Positions 47,876 to 58,825 of a stretch of 64,000 nt of DNA are shown piece by piece. The DNA comes from Novosphingobium sp. UBA6272. Its GTDB lineage: Bacteria; Pseudomonadota; Alphaproteobacteria; Sphingomonadales; Sphingomonadaceae. Below the pieces are notes generated by a model. The model was not told the origin of the DNA. It did no database searches and saw only the letters and a program-made list of their open reading frames with translations. Position 1 is the first letter of the stretch, and each line of letters opens with the position of its first letter. Both the position numbers and the translations under genes were made by a program. The DNA is taken from assembly GCF_002440635.1 (NCBI RefSeq), contig NZ_DJUW01000006.1, positions 29,016-93,015 on the forward strand. The letters are read 5' to 3'.

Positions 47876-48604
47876 TCAGGCGTCGCCGATCCGGTCGGCA
47901 AACAGCAGGCGCCCGCCCGAAAGGTTCCACAGCGCCTCGTTGAAATTCTCCGGCCCCATCGCGAAGCAGCCTTCGCTGCGGCCAAGCTTGCCGAACTTGG
48001 CAATGTGGCTGGCAGCGGCATAGGCGGCCGGGTGCATCACGATCGCGCGTTCCAGCGCGGTGTAATTGTCCTGATCTAGCCCGAGCAGGCGGATCGAGGT
48101 GCCGTATTTGCCCTTGTACCACTCGGCAGTGAGGTAAGCCCCGCGCGAGGTCGCCTCAGACCCCGGGACGCCGGAAAACTGTTGCAGGAAACCTGAGTGC
48201 GCCGGATCGGACCCGCGTCCATGGCTGACATGGAACGAACGGATCGTGCCGCTTTCCAGATTGACGAAGTGGAACCGCGGCAGGGTGCTGGCCCGGGCGA
48301 AGTCAGCGATTCCGACGATGTCCTGGCGCCAGACCTGCGCACCGGCGCGTTCCAGCTCGCGCTTGGCGATGCCGATCAGCTTGGCGTCATAGGCCGGATT
48401 GGGCACGGCAAAGGTCGGCAGTGCCGGCTCGACCGGCGCGGCGGGTGCCTGCGGCGTGGTGACCAGGCCGAAAGCCTGGTCGAAATCCTGCGCAAGGGAG
48501 CCGTCCTGCGCGGCCCGCGCCAGCGCGCGACCAGGCAGCGAGAGCGCAGCCCCCGCAGCCAGACCTCCAAGAATCAGGTCCCGTCTTTTCATGACCCCCG
48601 TCAT
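47876..48604 (-). CDS. YkuD_2-type L,D-transpeptidase catalytic-domain protein (Tat signal)
   Basis: 'KRRDLILGGLAAGA' leader and 'GRSEGCFAM' active-site-like motif. Confidence 0.7.
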   Translation of the reverse strand: MTGVMKRRDLILGGLAAGAALSLPGRALARAAQDGSLAQDFDQAFGLVTTPQAPAAPVEPALPTFAVPNPAYDAKLIGIAKRELERAGAQVWRQDIVGIADFARASTLPRFHFVNLESGTIRSFHVSHGRGSDPAHSGFLQQFSGVPGSEATSRGAYLTAEWYKGKYGTSIRLLGLDQDNYTALERAIVMHPAAYAAASHIAKFGKLGRSEGCFAMGPENFNEALWNLSGGRLLFADRIGDA

Positions 48605-48646
48605 AGTGCCCTGTGGATAACCGGACGCTTAACGAGTCGCCAAGCC

Positions 48647-49144
48647 CTAATCGGCGGAATCGCGCCTGAGTGCGCCGAGTTGTGCGAGATTTCCGCCGTC
48701 GAGCCGCATCACGGTCCATTCGTCCATCAGCCGCGCGCCAAGCTTGCGGTAGAATCCGATTGCCGGTTCGTTCCAGTCCAGCACCGACCATTCGAGCCGG
48801 GCACAGTCCCGCTCAATCGCCAGGGCCGCCAGTTCGGCCAACAGCGCCTTGCCAAGGCCCGAGCCGCGCGCTTCGGGCCGAACGAACAGGTCTTCGAGGT
48901 AAATCCCCGGACGCCCTTCAAAGGTCGAGAAGTTGTGGAAGAACAGCGCGAACCCCTGCGGCGTGCCATCAAGCTCACCGATCAGCACTTCGGCATAGGG
49001 CCGCGCGCCGAACAGCTTCTGGCCGAGCACAGCCTCGTCGAAGCGGACTTCATGGGCAAGGCGTTCGTATTCGGCCAGATCGCGGATCAGCTGGGCGATC
49101 AGCGGCAGGTCAGCAGGGGCGGCGGAGCGGATCGCGATGGTCAT
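48647..49144 (-). CDS. GNAT family N-acetyltransferase
   Basis: 'RGSGLGKALL' motif. Start at ATG 49144. Confidence 0.8.
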   Translation of the reverse strand: MTIAIRSAAPADLPLIAQLIRDLAEYERLAHEVRFDEAVLGQKLFGARPYAEVLIGELDGTPQGFALFFHNFSTFEGRPGIYLEDLFVRPEARGSGLGKALLAELAALAIERDCARLEWSVLDWNEPAIGFYRKLGARLMDEWTVMRLDGGNLAQLGALRRDSAD

Positions 49145-49186
49145 GGCGGCGCCCATAACCCGGCGCGGCACTGATGCAAACAGGCC

Positions 49187-49684
49187 TTACTTGGCCTTTA
49201 TCACCATCTTGTCGCCCTTGAGCTCGATCCCGCCAAGCTGGCGCAGCGCCGATTGGCCGAGCAGGTTGGTGCCCAGATCCTTGACCACCACGGCCTCGAC
49301 ATCGTGGAGCCGCTGGCCGGCGATCTCGACCTCGTCGAGCACTACCGGAGCGGCATAGCCGGTGCCCGAAGCGGTCTGCATGGTCGGCTGGAACTCTTCT
49401 TCATCGGGCAGGATGCCCAGGTTCGCGGCTTCCTCTTCGGTCAGCGCGACCATGTCGGCCCCGGTATCGACCAGGAATTCCACTTCGCTGCCGTTGACAT
49501 CGATCCGCAGGGTAAACTGCCCCTGCCCGTCGCGGTTGAGGGTCAGGACCTTTTCTTCCTCGGCCTTGGGTTTGGCCTGCGGCGCGGCAGCGACCGGCGC
49601 GGCTTCGGGCATCGGCGCAAGGAACGCAGCGGCGATGCTCATCAGACCGACAGCGGCCAGCGCGATGATGTAGATCCGGTTCAT
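49187..49684 (-). CDS. retropepsin-like (TIGR02281-type) aspartic protease, membrane-anchored
   Basis: 'FLVDTGADMVALT' active-site motif and an N-terminal TM segment. Confidence 0.75.
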   Translation of the reverse strand: MNRIYIIALAAVGLMSIAAAFLAPMPEAAPVAAAPQAKPKAEEEKVLTLNRDGQGQFTLRIDVNGSEVEFLVDTGADMVALTEEEAANLGILPDEEEFQPTMQTASGTGYAAPVVLDEVEIAGQRLHDVEAVVVKDLGTNLLGQSALRQLGGIELKGDKMVIKAK

Positions 49685-49721
49685 GACGCAATCACCCTAG
49701 CGCCAAGGGGTTACCGATTGC

Positions 49722-50861
49722 TTAGGCGGCTTTCCCGTGAGTCACATCCATGCTGACCGACAAGCCAGCGTCGATTTCCGCCGCCTTGGCTTCGACCAGT
49801 TCGACGATGTGGGCGATCATGTCGGCATCCTGGACGTGATGGTCGGTCACGCCCGAAAGGTAGACCATGTGCTTGCCGTTGCCGCCGCCGGTGATGCCGA
49901 TGTCGGTTTCCCGCGCCTCGCCGGGGCCGTTGACGACGCAGCCAAGCACCGAGACCGACATCGGGGTCTTGATGTGGCTCAGCGCCGCTTCCAGCTTTTC
50001 GACCGTGCGGATCACGTCGAAGCCCTGCCGCGCGCAGCTGGGGCACGAGACGACCCGAACCCCGCGGGTGCGCAGGCCCAGCGACTTGAGGATCTCGTAA
50101 CCGACCCGCACTTCCTCTTCCGGCTCGGCCGAGAGGCTGACCCGGATCGTGTCGCCGATCCCGGCCCACAACAGGTTGCCGATCCCGATGCTCGATTTGA
50201 CTGTGCCGCCGATCAGCCCGCCGGCTTCGGTGATTCCCAGGTGCAGCGGGCAGTCGACCGCTTCGGCGAGGCCCATGTAAGCGGCGACGGCGAGGAACAC
50301 GTCGCTGGCTTTCACCGCGACCTTGTATTCATGGAAATCGTGATCTTGCAGCAGCTTGATGTGATCGAGCGCGCTCTCGATTAGCGCCTCGGGGCAGGGC
50401 TCGCCGTATTTCTCGAGCAGATCCTTCTCGAGACTGCCGGCGTTGACCCCGATCCGGATCGCACAGCCGTTGGCCTTGGCGGCGCGGACCACTTCGGCGA
50501 CACGTTCGCTCGATCCGATATTGCCCGGATTGATCCGCAGGCAGGCCGCACCGGCATCGGCGGCTTCCAGCGCGCGCTTGTAGTGGAAATGGATGTCGGC
50601 AACGATCGGCACCTGCGCGGCGCGGACAATCGCCGGCATGGCGGCGGTGCTTGCCTCGTCCGGGCAGGAGACCCGGATGATGTCGGCCCCGGCATCCTCG
50701 CAGCGGCGGATCTGGTCGATCGTCGCGCGGGCATCGCTGGTCAGGGTATTGGTCATGGTCTGCACGGTTATCGGCGCGCCGCCGCCCACCGGGACCTTGC
50801 CCACCATGATCTGCCGGGACGTGCGCCGCGCGATATCGCGCCAGGGTCTGATTGAAGACAT
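49722..50861 (-). CDS. ispG: 4-hydroxy-3-methylbut-2-enyl-diphosphate synthase
   Basis: Full-length IspG ('[10 protein letters not shown]', 'SCPSCARQ'). Start at ATG 50861. Confidence 0.9.
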   Translation of the reverse strand: MSSIRPWRDIARRTSRQIMVGKVPVGGGAPITVQTMTNTLTSDARATIDQIRRCEDAGADIIRVSCPDEASTAAMPAIVRAAQVPIVADIHFHYKRALEAADAGAACLRINPGNIGSSERVAEVVRAAKANGCAIRIGVNAGSLEKDLLEKYGEPCPEALIESALDHIKLLQDHDFHEYKVAVKASDVFLAVAAYMGLAEAVDCPLHLGITEAGGLIGGTVKSSIGIGNLLWAGIGDTIRVSLSAEPEEEVRVGYEILKSLGLRTRGVRVVSCPSCARQGFDVIRTVEKLEAALSHIKTPMSVSVLGCVVNGPGEARETDIGITGGGNGKHMVYLSGVTDHHVQDADMIAHIVELVEAKAAEIDAGLSVSMDVTHGKAA

Positions 50862-50937
50862 GCGCGGCATATAGGTGCGTGAGCGGCGGGGCGCAAATGG
50901 AGCTGTCGTGCAGGGCCAGCGAGCGGCCGCTTCGCGG

Positions 50938-51453
50938 CTAGAGCATCCGCGCGAACAGGAATTCCGGGTCGATGTGATCCCCGACCCGGAAGGTAATGTC
51001 GGCCACCTTCTCAAACCCGTAGCGCGCGTAGAAACGGTGCGCACCGTGGTTTTCGGCATAGACCGAGATCTGCACCTCGTCCGAACCACGCGCGGCAAAC
51101 TGGTCCATCGCCCAGTCCATCAGCAAGGCACCGATCCCTTGCCCGGTGGCATCGGGGGCGGTGTACAGCTGCTTGAGCTCCATCACCCGGTTGCCCCGGG
51201 CCTGGTCCGGGAAGCCGCAGGTCAGGCCGATCTTGGCAAAGCCAAGCAGCGCGCCCGATTCGTCGGCGGCCAGCTGGTAGAGCCGCGTCGGATCGGCCAG
51301 TTCGGCCAGGATCGCCGCTTCGGACAGGCTTTCGGTCAGGAAGGCATCGAGGTTTTCGGCGCTGTAAAGGTGCCCGAACTTGGCGATGAAGGCCTCGCTC
51401 GCCAGCCGGGACAGGGCCGGGACGTCTGCCGGGTTCGCACCGCGCAGGATCAC
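50938..51453 (-). CDS. GNAT family N-acetyltransferase
   Basis: '[10 protein letters not shown]' motif. Confidence 0.75.
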   Translation of the reverse strand: MILRGANPADVPALSRLASEAFIAKFGHLYSAENLDAFLTESLSEAAILAELADPTRLYQLAADESGALLGFAKIGLTCGFPDQARGNRVMELKQLYTAPDATGQGIGALLMDWAMDQFAARGSDEVQISVYAENHGAHRFYARYGFEKVADITFRVGDHIDPEFLFARML

Positions 51454-51914
51454 AGTTCCCTCGTCATGAAAAAGCTGAACGGATCGGGGCGGTAATCCCC
51501 GAACGGATCGCAGGGGGTGAAGCCGTTGGCGGCATAGAGCGTGCGGGCCGGCAGGAATTCATCCGTGCCGCCGGTTTCAAGGCTGACCCGGCCATAGCCA
51601 CGCGCGCGGGCCACCGCGATCAGGTGATCGAGCACCGCCTTGCCCGCGCCCTTGCCGCGGTAGGCGGGATGGGCCCGCATCGATTTGATCTCGCCGTGAT
51701 GGGGGTCAAGCTGCTTGATCGCCCCGCAGGCCGCCAGTGTTTCCCCGTCCCAGACCGAATAGAAGGTCACATCGCTTGCGCGCAGCCGTTCGATCGGCAT
51801 GGCGTGGACGCTTTCGGGCGGCGACCACTGGTGCATTTCATCGAGATGCAGCCGCAGCAGCGCGGCAATCGCCGGGCCGGTCAGGTCGTCTTCGCGGATC
51901 GAGTATTCCCCCAT
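51450..51914 (-). CDS. GNAT family N-acetyltransferase
   Basis: 'RGKGAGKAVL' motif. 4-nt overlap with the downstream GNAT gene. Confidence 0.75.
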   Translation of the reverse strand: MGEYSIREDDLTGPAIAALLRLHLDEMHQWSPPESVHAMPIERLRASDVTFYSVWDGETLAACGAIKQLDPHHGEIKSMRAHPAYRGKGAGKAVLDHLIAVARARGYGRVSLETGGTDEFLPARTLYAANGFTPCDPFGDYRPDPFSFFMTREL

Positions 51915-51939
51915 GGCGCTGCTCTGCTATCGTCGCGCC

Positions 51940-53064
51940 ATGAAGGCAAGCATGATGCGCCGGGTTCTCTCCGGCTTCGCCCTTTCCCTCGCCGTTCTGG
52001 CGGCACCTGTCCAGGCTCAGGACGCTGCGGCCGAGCCGGCCCCGGCCAAGCCGGTGCGCTGGTCGATCGCGATCCATGGCGGGGCCGGCACGATCACGCG
52101 CGAAGCGATGACGCCCGAGAAAGAGGCTGAATACCGCGCCGCGCTCGATCGCGGGTTGGCCGCCGGGATCGCGGTGCTTGAAAATGGCGGCTCGTCGCTC
52201 GATGCGGTGACGGCGGTGGTCGTCACGATGGAGGACGATCCCCACTTCAACGCCGGGCGCGGCGCGGTGTTCACCTGGGACGGCACCAATTCGCTCGACG
52301 CCGCAATCATGGACGGGCGCACCCGCAAGGCCGGGGCCGTGGCCGGGCTGACCCGGATCAAGAACCCGGTGAAGCTGGCCCGCGCGGTAATGGAAAAGGG
52401 CCCGCACGTGTTCCTGACTGGCGAAGGCGCCGAACAGTTCGCCAAGCTGCACGGGATCGAGGAAGTCGATCCATCCTGGTTCTACACCCAGGAACGCTGG
52501 GACCAGCTGCAAAAGCTCAAGGCCGAGAACCTGACTCACCGCGATGTCGACTACAAGTACGGCACGGTCGGCGCGGTTGCGGTTGACAGCGAAGGCCATG
52601 TCGCCGCCGCGACCTCGACCGGCGGGCTGACCGGCAAGCGCTGGGGCCGGGTTGGCGATACCCCGGTGATCGGGGCCGGGACCTATGCCGATGACCGGGC
52701 CTGCGCGGTTTCCGCCACCGGCACCGGCGAGTTCTTCATCCGCGAAGGCGTGGCGCACGAGATTTGCGCCCGGATCCGCTTCACCGGCGAAAGCCCGCAG
52801 ACCGCCGCCGATGCGGTGATGCTCGAAACCGGCGAAATGGGCGGCGATGGCGGCGTGATCGTGGTTTCGCCCGATGGCCAGGCAGTGTTCTCGTTCAACA
52901 CCCCCGGCATGTATCGCGGCCGCGCCACCAGTGAAGGACTGCGCCAGATCGCGATCTACCGCGACGATGGCCCCGGCGGCATCGCTCCGCCCAAGGCGAT
53001 CGAACCGGAGCCCGCAACTCCGACCGAGACTACGCCGGCGCCCCGGATCGAACCCAAGCTGTAA
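51940..53064 (+). CDS. isoaspartyl peptidase / L-asparaginase (Ntn hydrolase)
   Basis: 'IAIHGGAG' and 'GTVGAVAVD' autoprocessing-site motifs. Signal peptide from ATG 51940. Confidence 0.85.
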   Translation: MKASMMRRVLSGFALSLAVLAAPVQAQDAAAEPAPAKPVRWSIAIHGGAGTITREAMTPEKEAEYRAALDRGLAAGIAVLENGGSSLDAVTAVVVTMEDDPHFNAGRGAVFTWDGTNSLDAAIMDGRTRKAGAVAGLTRIKNPVKLARAVMEKGPHVFLTGEGAEQFAKLHGIEEVDPSWFYTQERWDQLQKLKAENLTHRDVDYKYGTVGAVAVDSEGHVAAATSTGGLTGKRWGRVGDTPVIGAGTYADDRACAVSATGTGEFFIREGVAHEICARIRFTGESPQTAADAVMLETGEMGGDGGVIVVSPDGQAVFSFNTPGMYRGRATSEGLRQIAIYRDDGPGGIAPPKAIEPEPATPTETTPAPRIEPKL

Positions 53065-53161
53065 AACGAGAGTTTTCGGCTGATTTGGAAGAAGCCCTTC
53101 CCCCTGACGAAGGGTTGGGATGGGGGTGTACCCCCTCGTGGCCGGGAACCCCCGCCCCCGG

Positions 53162-53182
53162 CCCCTCCCCGCCGGGGAGGGG
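53162..53182. repeat. REP-like GC hairpin CCCCTCCCC-gcc-GGGGAGGGG
   Basis: Same family as 3202 and 4463. It sits in a 144-bp repeat-rich gap. Confidence 0.7.
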
Positions 53183-53208
53183 AGAACGCTTCGGCTGCCG
53201 GAATTTTC

Positions 53209-54132
53209 TTACGACGTGAACTTGTTGGCCTTGCGCTTGCCCATCCGCATTCCGGATTCAAGCCGGTGGCGCAGCTGGGTGTAATAGGCCTCAAGGAAGG
53301 CGCGCTCGTCGCCCGCGCCCGGGTTCCAGCCGATCTTGCGGCAGATCGCCTCATGCACCGCGACCATCGCTTCGTGCCGGTCGTCGCGCAGGACGCGCTC
53401 CAGCGTCTGGAGCTCGTATTCGCCATAGACCGCCAGTTCCTCGTCGCTGAAGCGATAGGACGCACCGGTGTACGTGCTGGTCCCGCTGGCCACGCTTTGC
53501 CCGGTTGAGAGCACCTGCTCGAGCTTGATCCGCGGTGCTTCGACCACCCAGGTTCCGGCGACCAGATCGCCGGCGCGCATCCGGTCGCGGTTGAAGAACG
53601 GGAACAACGAGAAGGCCAGGATCCAGGCCAGCATCGGCCATTTGGACAGGCTGTCATCCCCGAACAGGCTGGTCAGCCCGGCCAACGGAAGCAGGATCTC
53701 GACATCGCGCATCAGGTTGCGGGCCAGCACCATTTCGGTCGTGAGCCGGCCGCCGCCGCGCGCCGCGACGCGGATCCCGGTCAACCGCTTGCCCGGGGTC
53801 GCGCCGCGCGGGCCCAGTTCGAAAGCCAGGAAATAGCCATAACGGAACAGGAAGGCCGCAGCGATGATCAGGATGATCACGAATTCCAGCGCGGCGGGCA
53901 TGTCCTTGCCCTTTTCGCCGATCTTGTCGATCCCGCCCGGAATCAGGCCGGAGCCGATGTAGCTCAGCACTGCGATGACCGCGATCATCGCGAAGGTGAT
54001 GATCATGAAATCGAGCAGCAGCGCGCCGAGCCGGCTGCCGCGGCTGGCCAGCTTGACCGGCATGGCGATCCCTTCCGGGGTGACCAGCACCCGGGCCGGA
54101 TCGTTGCGGGCCGGCGGGGCGAGGCTGGCCAT
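53209..54132 (-). CDS. RDD family membrane protein
   Basis: RDD-like N-terminal TM region. Last gene of the MoxR cluster. Confidence 0.7.
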   Translation of the reverse strand: MASLAPPARNDPARVLVTPEGIAMPVKLASRGSRLGALLLDFMIITFAMIAVIAVLSYIGSGLIPGGIDKIGEKGKDMPAALEFVIILIIAAAFLFRYGYFLAFELGPRGATPGKRLTGIRVAARGGGRLTTEMVLARNLMRDVEILLPLAGLTSLFGDDSLSKWPMLAWILAFSLFPFFNRDRMRAGDLVAGTWVVEAPRIKLEQVLSTGQSVASGTSTYTGASYRFSDEELAVYGEYELQTLERVLRDDRHEAMVAVHEAICRKIGWNPGAGDERAFLEAYYTQLRHRLESGMRMGKRKANKFTS

Positions 54133-55178
54133 CAGTCCTCGCTCCCCTGCGGCACGTGACGGAACAGGAAGAAGTAGATCAGCCAGAACACCAGCATCCC
54201 GCCACCGATTGCGAGGCGGGTTGCGGTGACATCGACCAGCTGGCGGCCCAGCCCTTCAAGCATCCCGGCGCAAAGCAGCATCAGCACCACCCCGGCCATT
54301 ACCGTCGCGGTTCGCTGTCCGGCGGCGGCGGCAGCTTCGGCTACCGACAGTTCGCCCGGAAAGGCCATCGAACGCCCGACATGCAGCCCGGCGGCCCCGG
54401 CCAGCAGCAGCGCAAACAGCTCGGTCGTGCCGTGGATCGCCAGCCAGCCGGCGATCTCGTAGTCGAGCCCGACCCCATTATAGAGCCACAGGATCGCACC
54501 CAGCATGGTGGTGTTCTGCACCACCAGCATCAGCGTCGGCACGCCGAAGGCGAAACCCAGCGCGTACATCAGGATCGAGACGCTGGAATTGTGGCTGAAC
54601 AGGCTGGCTGCGAAGACCGACAGGCCATCCTCGTTGGCCTTGCCGAACAGCCCTTCGCGCAGCACCTCGCGGGTTGCGCCGGGGACCCGCTCGCCGGCCA
54701 GCTCGGGCGAGACGAACGCGTAGAACCAGTCCGGATCCTGTGCGCAGAGCATCCAGCCAACCACGGTGCCCGCCACCATCAAAGCCAGGGCGACCAGGAT
54801 CTCAGGCGTGATGGCCCGCACCGCGCGGCTCCATTCGCCGCCGAAGAAGCGCCGCAGCCATGACCACAAGGTGGTGCGCGGGCCATAGACCAGGAACCAG
54901 GCGCGCTGGACCAGGCTGTCGAGATAGGCGAGCGTCGCCGCATCGAGCGAAGTCTCGCGGGCGACCGAGAGGCTGGAGGCGACCGTGCGGTAGAGCACCG
55001 GCAGTTCGAGCAGATCGGCATCCGAGAGCTTGCCAATCCGGCCCTTCTCCATCCGGGTGACGATCAGTTCCAGCCGCTTCCAGTCCGGCTCGCGCTCTTG
55101 CCGGAAGCGGTCGGAGCGCAGCGCGGCCGCTTCGATCGCCGCTTCGGTATTGCCGCGCGTCATCGAAATCAGGGCCAT
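54132..55178 (-). CDS. SpoIIM-like (DUF95) membrane protein
   Basis: Polytopic. Start at ATG 55178. Confidence 0.65.
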   Translation of the reverse strand: MALISMTRGNTEAAIEAAALRSDRFRQEREPDWKRLELIVTRMEKGRIGKLSDADLLELPVLYRTVASSLSVARETSLDAATLAYLDSLVQRAWFLVYGPRTTLWSWLRRFFGGEWSRAVRAITPEILVALALMVAGTVVGWMLCAQDPDWFYAFVSPELAGERVPGATREVLREGLFGKANEDGLSVFAASLFSHNSSVSILMYALGFAFGVPTLMLVVQNTTMLGAILWLYNGVGLDYEIAGWLAIHGTTELFALLLAGAAGLHVGRSMAFPGELSVAEAAAAAGQRTATVMAGVVLMLLCAGMLEGLGRQLVDVTATRLAIGGGMLVFWLIYFFLFRHVPQGSED

Positions 55179-55218
55179 CGCCGCCTGCTCCCTGTCATCC
55201 GATCGGTCTTCTGAACCA

Positions 55219-56547
55219 TCATCCGATCGACCCCTTGCGCTTGATCGCCAGGTAGGCATCGAGCAGCCGGGTCCCGATCCGGTCCCACGGCGCCTCGATC
55301 ACATCGACTCCGATCTGGCGCAACTTGCCCAGCACCAGCGCGCGCTGGCGCAGCAAGCCATCGGCGCTGACCGCCATGGCGAGGTGCTGCATGTCGTCGG
55401 GCGCGGCGGTGGCGAGACTGGTAAGTTCCTCATCGGCCATGGTCACGAACAGCACCAGGTGCCGGTTGGTCAGCCGCGAAATGCTTTCGACCATCAGTTC
55501 GGCGCTGGTCGGATCGGTGAAGTCGGAAAAGACCACCACCAGGCTGCGGCGCTGCAGCCGGCTGGAGAGGCTGGCGAGGGCCAGGGTGAAGTTGGGTTCC
55601 TGCGCGTGATAGTCGAGCGCGGCAGCAGCGCGGTGCAGTCGCTGGAAATCGCGCGGGTCGGTGACGAACGGCGTGAACAGCTCGGGCCGGGCGGCAAAGC
55701 CGAACAGCGCGGTCCGGTCCCCGCCTTTCAGCGCGACATAGGCGGTCGCCAGCGCGGCCGAAACCGCCCGGTCGATCCGCGGCAGCCCGGCGACCGGTTC
55801 GGACATCGCCGCGCCGCAATCGAAGGCGAAGACGATCTGGTTGTTGCGATCGGCCTCATACTCCTTGGCATAGAGGTGGGCGTGGCGGGCGCTGGCCTTC
55901 CAGTCGATCCGGCGCTTGTCCATCCCCGGCTCGAATTCGGCGAGCGCCTCGAACATGGTCCCTTCCCCGCGCATCCGCCGGGCCAGGATGCCGAACTGGG
56001 CATCGCGCAGAAAGGTCTGCAAAGCGGGGGAACGGACCGGGGCCAGGTTGGGCCAGACCCGCACCGGCCGCTCGATCGCGCGCTGCAATTGCCGCGCGCC
56101 CAGGCCCAGCGGACCGGTCCAGCGCAGCCACAGGTCTTCGACTTCGCCGGTCCCGCGGCGGACCGGGCGGAAGGGGATCGCCGCGTGCCAGGCGTTGCCG
56201 CCCGTTCGCTCCAGCGCGGCCTCGGCGCGGCCGCCGGGGAGCAGGCGCGGATCGGCGGCGAGCGCGCAATCGACCCGGCTGCGCAGGCCCCCGGCGAACA
56301 GCGCATCAAGCCGCAGCCAGCCTTCCTCGCCCACTTCGACATCGCCCTGAACATTGAGGTCGGCCGAGCTGATCCGCCCGGCCAGCACGGCATCGAGCAG
56401 AACCAGCGCGAGCACCGCCGTGCCGAGCGCCGGGGCCAGCGTCCACAACGCCGGGGCCAGCACCGCCAGCAGCAGTGCCAGCGGGGCCGCAGCCACCACC
56501 AGCAGCGCGGCCCGGCCGGTCGGGATCAAGGCGGCGCGTTCGCTCAT
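55219..56547 (-). CDS. DUF58 domain protein
   Basis: N-terminal TM pair and 'RRIDWKASAR' DUF58 motif. Confidence 0.8.
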   Translation of the reverse strand: MSERAALIPTGRAALLVVAAAPLALLLAVLAPALWTLAPALGTAVLALVLLDAVLAGRISSADLNVQGDVEVGEEGWLRLDALFAGGLRSRVDCALAADPRLLPGGRAEAALERTGGNAWHAAIPFRPVRRGTGEVEDLWLRWTGPLGLGARQLQRAIERPVRVWPNLAPVRSPALQTFLRDAQFGILARRMRGEGTMFEALAEFEPGMDKRRIDWKASARHAHLYAKEYEADRNNQIVFAFDCGAAMSEPVAGLPRIDRAVSAALATAYVALKGGDRTALFGFAARPELFTPFVTDPRDFQRLHRAAAALDYHAQEPNFTLALASLSSRLQRRSLVVVFSDFTDPTSAELMVESISRLTNRHLVLFVTMADEELTSLATAAPDDMQHLAMAVSADGLLRQRALVLGKLRQIGVDVIEAPWDRIGTRLLDAYLAIKRKGSIG

Positions 56548-56552
56548 CCGTA

Positions 56553-57524
56553 CTAGCGCGGGGCCTCGGTGCTTTCGACCATTTCGGCGACCAGCGCCTC
56601 AACCTGCTTGCCTTCGATCTCGGCCGCGGGGGAGAGCAGCAGGCGGTGGCGCAGCACCGGCGCTGCCAGCGCCTTGACATCGTCGGGCACGACATAGTCG
56701 CGCGCTTCCAGTGCGGCGCGGGCGCGGGCGGCGTTGGCCAGCAGCACCGCAGCGCGCGGGCTGGCACCCGCGGCAAGATCGGCGCTGTCGCGGGTCGCGC
56801 GGATCAGGCGGACGACATAATCGATCACGGTTTCGGCCAGGGTGACGGTCTTTACCGCCCGCGCTGCCGCAGCAATTGTCCCGGCATCGGCGACCTGCTC
56901 CACCCCCATTTCGGCGGCGCGCGGCGGGCCGGCCTGCTGGCCGAACGTGGCGACGATCTTCGCCTCTTCCGCCGCGCTGGGATAGGCCACCAGCAGCTTG
57001 AACAGGAACCGGTCCAGCTGGGCCTCGGGCAGCGGATAGACCCCCTGGCTTTCGATCGGATTCTGGGTTGCGACGACCAGGAAGTTGTCGGGCAGGCTGT
57101 GCGGCTTGCCGTCCAGTGTCACCCGGCGTTCCTGCATCGCCTCGAGCAGCGCAGCCTGGGTCTTGGGCGGAGTGCGGTTGATTTCGTCGGCCAGCAGCAG
57201 CTCGGTAAAGATCGGGCCCCGGGTCAGGGTGAACTGGCTGGTCTGGAAGTTGAACAGGTTCGACCCCAGAATGTCCCCCGGCATCAGATCCGGGGTGAAC
57301 TGGATCCGCGCGAACTGGAGCCCCAGGCTGGCCGAAAAGCACTGCGCGAGGAAGGTCTTGGCCGTCCCCGGCGGACCTTCCAGCAGGACGTGGCCCTGGG
57401 CGAGCAGCGCCACCAGCAAGGCGTCGACGGTTTCGGTCTGGCCGACAATCGCCTTGCCGATCTGGCCCCGGATCTGGGCGGCAAGGTGGCTTACCTCGGC
57501 CAGGGTCATTTCTTTTGCACTCAT
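56553..57524 (-). CDS. MoxR-family AAA+ ATPase
   Basis: Walker A 'GPPGTAKT' and Walker B 'LLADEINR'. Confidence 0.9.
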   Translation of the reverse strand: MSAKEMTLAEVSHLAAQIRGQIGKAIVGQTETVDALLVALLAQGHVLLEGPPGTAKTFLAQCFSASLGLQFARIQFTPDLMPGDILGSNLFNFQTSQFTLTRGPIFTELLLADEINRTPPKTQAALLEAMQERRVTLDGKPHSLPDNFLVVATQNPIESQGVYPLPEAQLDRFLFKLLVAYPSAAEEAKIVATFGQQAGPPRAAEMGVEQVADAGTIAAAARAVKTVTLAETVIDYVVRLIRATRDSADLAAGASPRAAVLLANAARARAALEARDYVVPDDVKALAAPVLRHRLLLSPAAEIEGKQVEALVAEMVESTEAPR

Positions 57525-58825
57525 CGCGTCAGGGTCCTTTCCAGCGCATGGAGTTGCCGCGCGGCGCGCAGCATGTCGGTGGGTTTGCGGGCCGCGCGCA
57601 TCTGGGCGGCGGCGGCGGAGAACGCAGGCGATCCCGGCGCGCGCCCGGCCAGCGCGCGGTCGATCGCCTTTTCGGCCTGCTCGTGGCTGAGCCGGGCGGG
57701 CAGCGCCAGCGCCTTGACCAGCCGCTCACGCGCGGCATCGGCATAGGGAATGCCAAGCAGGTGGAGGCGGCGGGCACGGTGGATCAGCCCGGCGGAATTG
57801 GTGACCAGCGCGCGCTTGCCGAAAGCGACCGCGCGCCCGCCCAGCAGCGGCGGTCCGAACCGGCAATAGGCCCGCCACAACGCGACGGCGATACCAAGCA
57901 GCAGGCAGACCGTCGCGGCCAGAAACGGCGGGGTAAAGGCCAGGCTCAGCAGGTTGGGCGAGCGGCCATAACCGACCATGGTCAGGTCAAACACAACCTT
58001 GCCCTCTTCGCCGTCCAGTCCCGCTTCGATCAGCTTTTCCGCCAGCAGGGCGTTCTCCTGCCGGTTCATGCCCCAGTTGTTGAACAGGTCGGCATCGAAA
58101 ACGAAAATGACCGGATATTGCCAGTTGAGATCGTCGTTGAGCTCGCTTTCGTCGGCCCACAGCGCCATGTCGCGCAGCGCCGGATAGTCACCGCCGTCGG
58201 CGATATAGGCGGCGAGCGGACGCCGGGTGTTTTCGCCCAGAACGAGCGGAATCACGGTCTCGCCAGAACCGGAGAAGACCTTCCTGGGTTCAGGCATCGC
58301 CCCGCTCAGCCCCTGCGCTTCCCAGGCCCCGGGCTGCGCACCGGTCAGCAGGGCGCCGCGCTCCAGCCGAATTTCGTCGTAGAAGCCTTTCCAGTCCGGC
58401 GTGTCAGCGTCGACCAGCTGGACGTAGCCCTCCTTGACCTTGTCCGTCTTCTTCGGCGCGGCCACTGCCCGCCATTTCGGCAGGACCACAATCGTCGGCC
58501 CGAACTCACGGTGGCCGCTGACCACTTCCTCAAGCTCCTTCGGGTCGGCCGAATGGAGCGGGGTCAGGATCAGCAACCCTCGCTGCTTGAGCGCATTGCG
58601 CGACTGGACCGAGCTGACCTGATAGCCACGCTTGCCCAGATACTGGTAAAGCGCGGCATAGCCGTTAAGCGACTTGCCCTGGGCGTGCGAACCCAAGGCG
58701 CGCGGCCCCGGATCGCCGATCCCGGTGCCGACCATCCACAGCAGCACCACGAACGAGACGATCCCGAACAGCGCCAGCCCCAGCGCGATGCGAGGCGAGA
58801 ACGGGCTGGCATTGGCCCGGCTCAT
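57521..58825 (-). CDS. DUF4350-like membrane protein
   Basis: N-terminal TM segment. 4-nt overlaps on both sides. Cluster context. Confidence 0.6.
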   Translation of the reverse strand: MSRANASPFSPRIALGLALFGIVSFVVLLWMVGTGIGDPGPRALGSHAQGKSLNGYAALYQYLGKRGYQVSSVQSRNALKQRGLLILTPLHSADPKELEEVVSGHREFGPTIVVLPKWRAVAAPKKTDKVKEGYVQLVDADTPDWKGFYDEIRLERGALLTGAQPGAWEAQGLSGAMPEPRKVFSGSGETVIPLVLGENTRRPLAAYIADGGDYPALRDMALWADESELNDDLNWQYPVIFVFDADLFNNWGMNRQENALLAEKLIEAGLDGEEGKVVFDLTMVGYGRSPNLLSLAFTPPFLAATVCLLLGIAVALWRAYCRFGPPLLGGRAVAFGKRALVTNSAGLIHRARRLHLLGIPYADAARERLVKALALPARLSHEQAEKAIDRALAGRAPGSPAFSAAAAQMRAARKPTDMLRAARQLHALERTLTR

